This document shows, in pieces, positions 58,000 to 60,172 of a stretch of DNA of 60,172 bases. A program made the translations under genes and the position numbers. The stretch is from positions 1 through 60,172 of the forward strand of contig JAJFLV010000021.1 in assembly GCA_021772535.1 (NCBI GenBank), given 5' to 3'. The first letter of the stretch is position 1. The number at the start of each line of letters is the position of its first letter. Under the pieces are notes generated by a model. It did no database searches. It was not told the DNA's origin and saw nothing but the letters and a program-made list of their open reading frames with translations. The stretch comes from Opitutales bacterium. Its GTDB lineage: Bacteria; Verrucomicrobiota; Verrucomicrobiia; Opitutales; UBA2987.

Positions 58000-59133
58000 T
58001 CACGGACTTTTCTTTAATTGATTCCACCGTTCTACATCCATCTCGGTTCCATCCGGCAATATTGCCTCCAAAACATTCTCCGCATCGCGAAGCTGGTCTA
58101 TCTCAATTTTAGCGTCACTTAAATCTGCGCGAAAAAGATTAACGTTGTTAATGGTTGCGTCTTGAAAGATTGCTTCGGTCAAATCGGCAACTGAGAGATT
58201 TGCGTCTATTAAGTTAGCTTCGCTCATATCGGCTTGGTGAAGAATTGCATAACGTAAATCGGTTCTCTCCAGTTGTGCTTCCCGCATCGAAGAATTGGAT
58301 AAGTCCGCGTATTGTAAGTCGGTTTCCTGAAAAATGGCTTCATCGAGGACCGCATGGCGCAAATCGACGCCATTCATGGAAAGACCTCCGAGGTCTGCCC
58401 CAGCCAAAGACGCCTGGGTCAAATCTGCCCCCTCAAGGGAGATGATGGGATTGATTTTAGCAAGTAACCTCGACTCTTGAAGGAAACGCAGAAGAATGCC
58501 TTTTCTGGTTCCATCCAGGCTTCGCAATGCCGCGAAAGTGTGGGCTTGCGCAACGGCCCTTTCCGGGGAATCGATTGGCGATTCTTTCAATTTTTCTTTC
58601 AGAACCAAATCTGTCAGACGCTCCAGGTAAGCCCGTAATGCCTCTTCTCTGGAACGATCAGCGGCAAGATCACGTTCATGCTGTGCGCGTTTGGCGAATG
58701 ACCGTGCTTCTCTTCCCAAAAAGACGCTGAGGCCGACTACTATTAAGGGAATTAAAAGAGGAATTAAAATATTCTCTAACCAATCCCAAAGCGTTTTGTC
58801 CTTGAAGCCGAGATAGTCCCAAAAAAGCGATATGGCTGTATCTATCTTTTCGCTTCCAGCAAATCTATTTGAAGTTTTATTTTCCCCATCCGAGGCCACA
58901 GGTATCGTATCCAATGTTTCCACCGAAGTGGAAATTCCGGAACTGAAGCTAATTATTGGAAAGCCAAGGACCACTATTGACAGAAGCCCCAAATTTGAAG
59001 CATGGGTTACTTTGTGCCGGAATTTGACGATCAAAATAAGGACAGATCCGAACATCACGGATTCAAAAATAGTGAATATCAAATTTTTGACAAGTTCTAA
59101 TCGAAAAAATCGGGACCCTGAGCCAATTAGCAA
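58000..59133 (-). CDS. Membrane-anchored pentapeptide repeat protein
   Basis: TM segments, KTLWDWL motif, C-terminal A(D/N)L repeats. Confidence 0.88.
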   Translation of the reverse strand: MLIGSGSRFFRLELVKNLIFTIFESVMFGSVLILIVKFRHKVTHASNLGLLSIVVLGFPIISFSSGISTSVETLDTIPVASDGENKTSNRFAGSEKIDTAISLFWDYLGFKDKTLWDWLENILIPLLIPLIVVGLSVFLGREARSFAKRAQHERDLAADRSREEALRAYLERLTDLVLKEKLKESPIDSPERAVAQAHTFAALRSLDGTRKGILLRFLQESRLLAKINPIISLEGADLTQASLAGADLGGLSMNGVDLRHAVLDEAIFQETDLQYADLSNSSMREAQLERTDLRYAILHQADMSEANLIDANLSVADLTEAIFQDATINNVNLFRADLSDAKIEIDQLRDAENVLEAILPDGTEMDVERWNQLKKSP

Positions 59134-59170
59134 AGGAGATAACCTATGGTCATTCTATTGGAGCCCATCC

Positions 59171-59503
59171 CTACCTTGCGCAGTTGATACAAAGAATGGC
59201 ATCCGGTTGGGCCTCTAATCGAGCTTCCGCGATCTCTTTTCTGCAAAAGGGGCAAATTCCATAGGTTTCCTTATCAATACGCACCAAAGCGTTTTGCAAA
59301 TTTTGCAATTCGGATTTCAAGCGGCGTTTGGCGTTGAGCGCCATTTGCTGCATCTGCATCGAATCCAAACGCGACAGGCGTCCGATGGCGACATCTGGAG
59401 CGATGGGTTCAGTGTCAGCATCCTCTGCACTTAGCTTGTTATTAATCTCCTCAACTCTTGTTCCGATGAGAGACCTGAACTTTTCCAACCTATCCTTGTT
59501 CAT
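59171..59503 (-). CDS. TraR/DksA C4-type zinc finger protein
   Basis: YGICPFCRKEI..RL...P....CINC motif. Confidence 0.88.
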   Translation of the reverse strand: MNKDRLEKFRSLIGTRVEEINNKLSAEDADTEPIAPDVAIGRLSRLDSMQMQQMALNAKRRLKSELQNLQNALVRIDKETYGICPFCRKEIAEARLEAQPDAILCINCAR

Positions 59504-59533
59504 TGAGATTCATGATTTTACAGTTCGAAGAAG

Positions 59534-60013
59534 CTATACCCAAAATCCCACATGGATTTTGCCCGCTTCTTCCTCCAGTGCCGGCCCGATTACTTCAATC
59601 CGCGCTGCTCCTTGAGCTAATATTTCGCGGCAATGCACATGCAGGCTGGGATTTTCCGGATGGTTGCCGATGATTTCATACAATTTTTCGATACCCAAAG
59701 CAAACACTACTCGGCGTACACCTCCCCAAAAGATAGCCCCGGAGCACATGGGACAAGGTTCGGCGCTGGTATAAAAGGTGTAACCCATAATTTGCTCCTT
59801 GCTAAATTCTTTCGATGCTTTGCGCATAAGATTCGTTTCGGCATGCCCCGTGCAATCGCTCTCAGTCACCACCGTATTTTCCGCTTCCAGCAGAATATTT
59901 CCCTCCCCATCTACCAGAATTGCGCCGAACGGATGATTTCCGTTTTCCCTTGACCGGAGGGCTACCTCGATTGCCGCACGGAGAAATTTTTCATCAGCAA
60001 AGCTTAAATCCAT
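59534..60013 (-). CDS. Zn-dependent nucleoside/guanine deaminase (CDA fold)
   Basis: PFGAILV, HAE and EPCPMC motifs. Confidence 0.88.
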   Translation of the reverse strand: MDLSFADEKFLRAAIEVALRSRENGNHPFGAILVDGEGNILLEAENTVVTESDCTGHAETNLMRKASKEFSKEQIMGYTFYTSAEPCPMCSGAIFWGGVRRVVFALGIEKLYEIIGNHPENPSLHVHCREILAQGAARIEVIGPALEEEAGKIHVGFWV

Positions 60014-60037
60014 AATCCTGGAATATCGAAGTACGGA

Positions 60038-60172
60038 TTATAAGCCAACCGGGATGCTGAAGATCGATCCGTCATTGAATCTCTGGAAAAAACGACTACC
60101 GGGGGTATTGTCTGCAAAGGTGAAAATCCAATCCGGGTTGTCTCCGAAAAGAAAAAACCAGCGATAAGTGAC
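60038..60172 (-). CDS. 3' end of a gene running in from the window edge (partial)
   Basis: Open frame VTYRWFFLFGDNPDWIFTFADNTPGSRFFQRFNDGSIFSIPVGL*. Confidence 0.55.
   Translation of the reverse strand, partial: VTYRWFFLFGDNPDWIFTFADNTPGSRFFQRFNDGSIFSIPVGL

Overview
Bacterial chromosomal window of about 50% GC, densely coding. Gene style suggests Verrucomicrobiota (Opitutales-like); this is inference only. Housekeeping genes: glgA, glgB, msrPQ, upp, rbsK, serA, hisA, tig-clpP-clpX, lptD-like, scpA, trxA and a dimeric dUTPase. Accessory modules: a tandem pair of secreted paralogues, the second fused in frame to an alpha/beta hydrolase; a PilV/PilW/PilX-like minor pilin trio; a DUF1538-DUF1538-PII operon; hicBA; a GT2-methyltransferase plus YfhO-like GT-C pair; and a signalling cluster (small exported protein, outer-membrane barrel, hybrid kinase, single REC, DHp-REC-PP2C phosphatase, RsbW-like kinase, STAS). 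Non-coding highlights read directly from the sequence: (i) a ~200-nt multi-hairpin, terminator-ended candidate RNA on the minus strand at ~19505-19705, upstream of the DUF1538/PII operon, whose G-U wobbles favour the minus strand; (ii) a 278-bp MITE with perfect 16-bp terminal inverted repeats (15311-15588), with related modules or ends at 1-207, 15215 and 28747, the last abutting a truncated gene remnant. Two genes are split at homopolymers (ArsC/Spx-like and GNAT), and one FAH-family gene appears to carry an in-frame loss of its catalytic core. I recognised no rRNA, tRNA, CRISPR array, transposase or phage genes. All family calls come from motif recognition by eye, not database searches.
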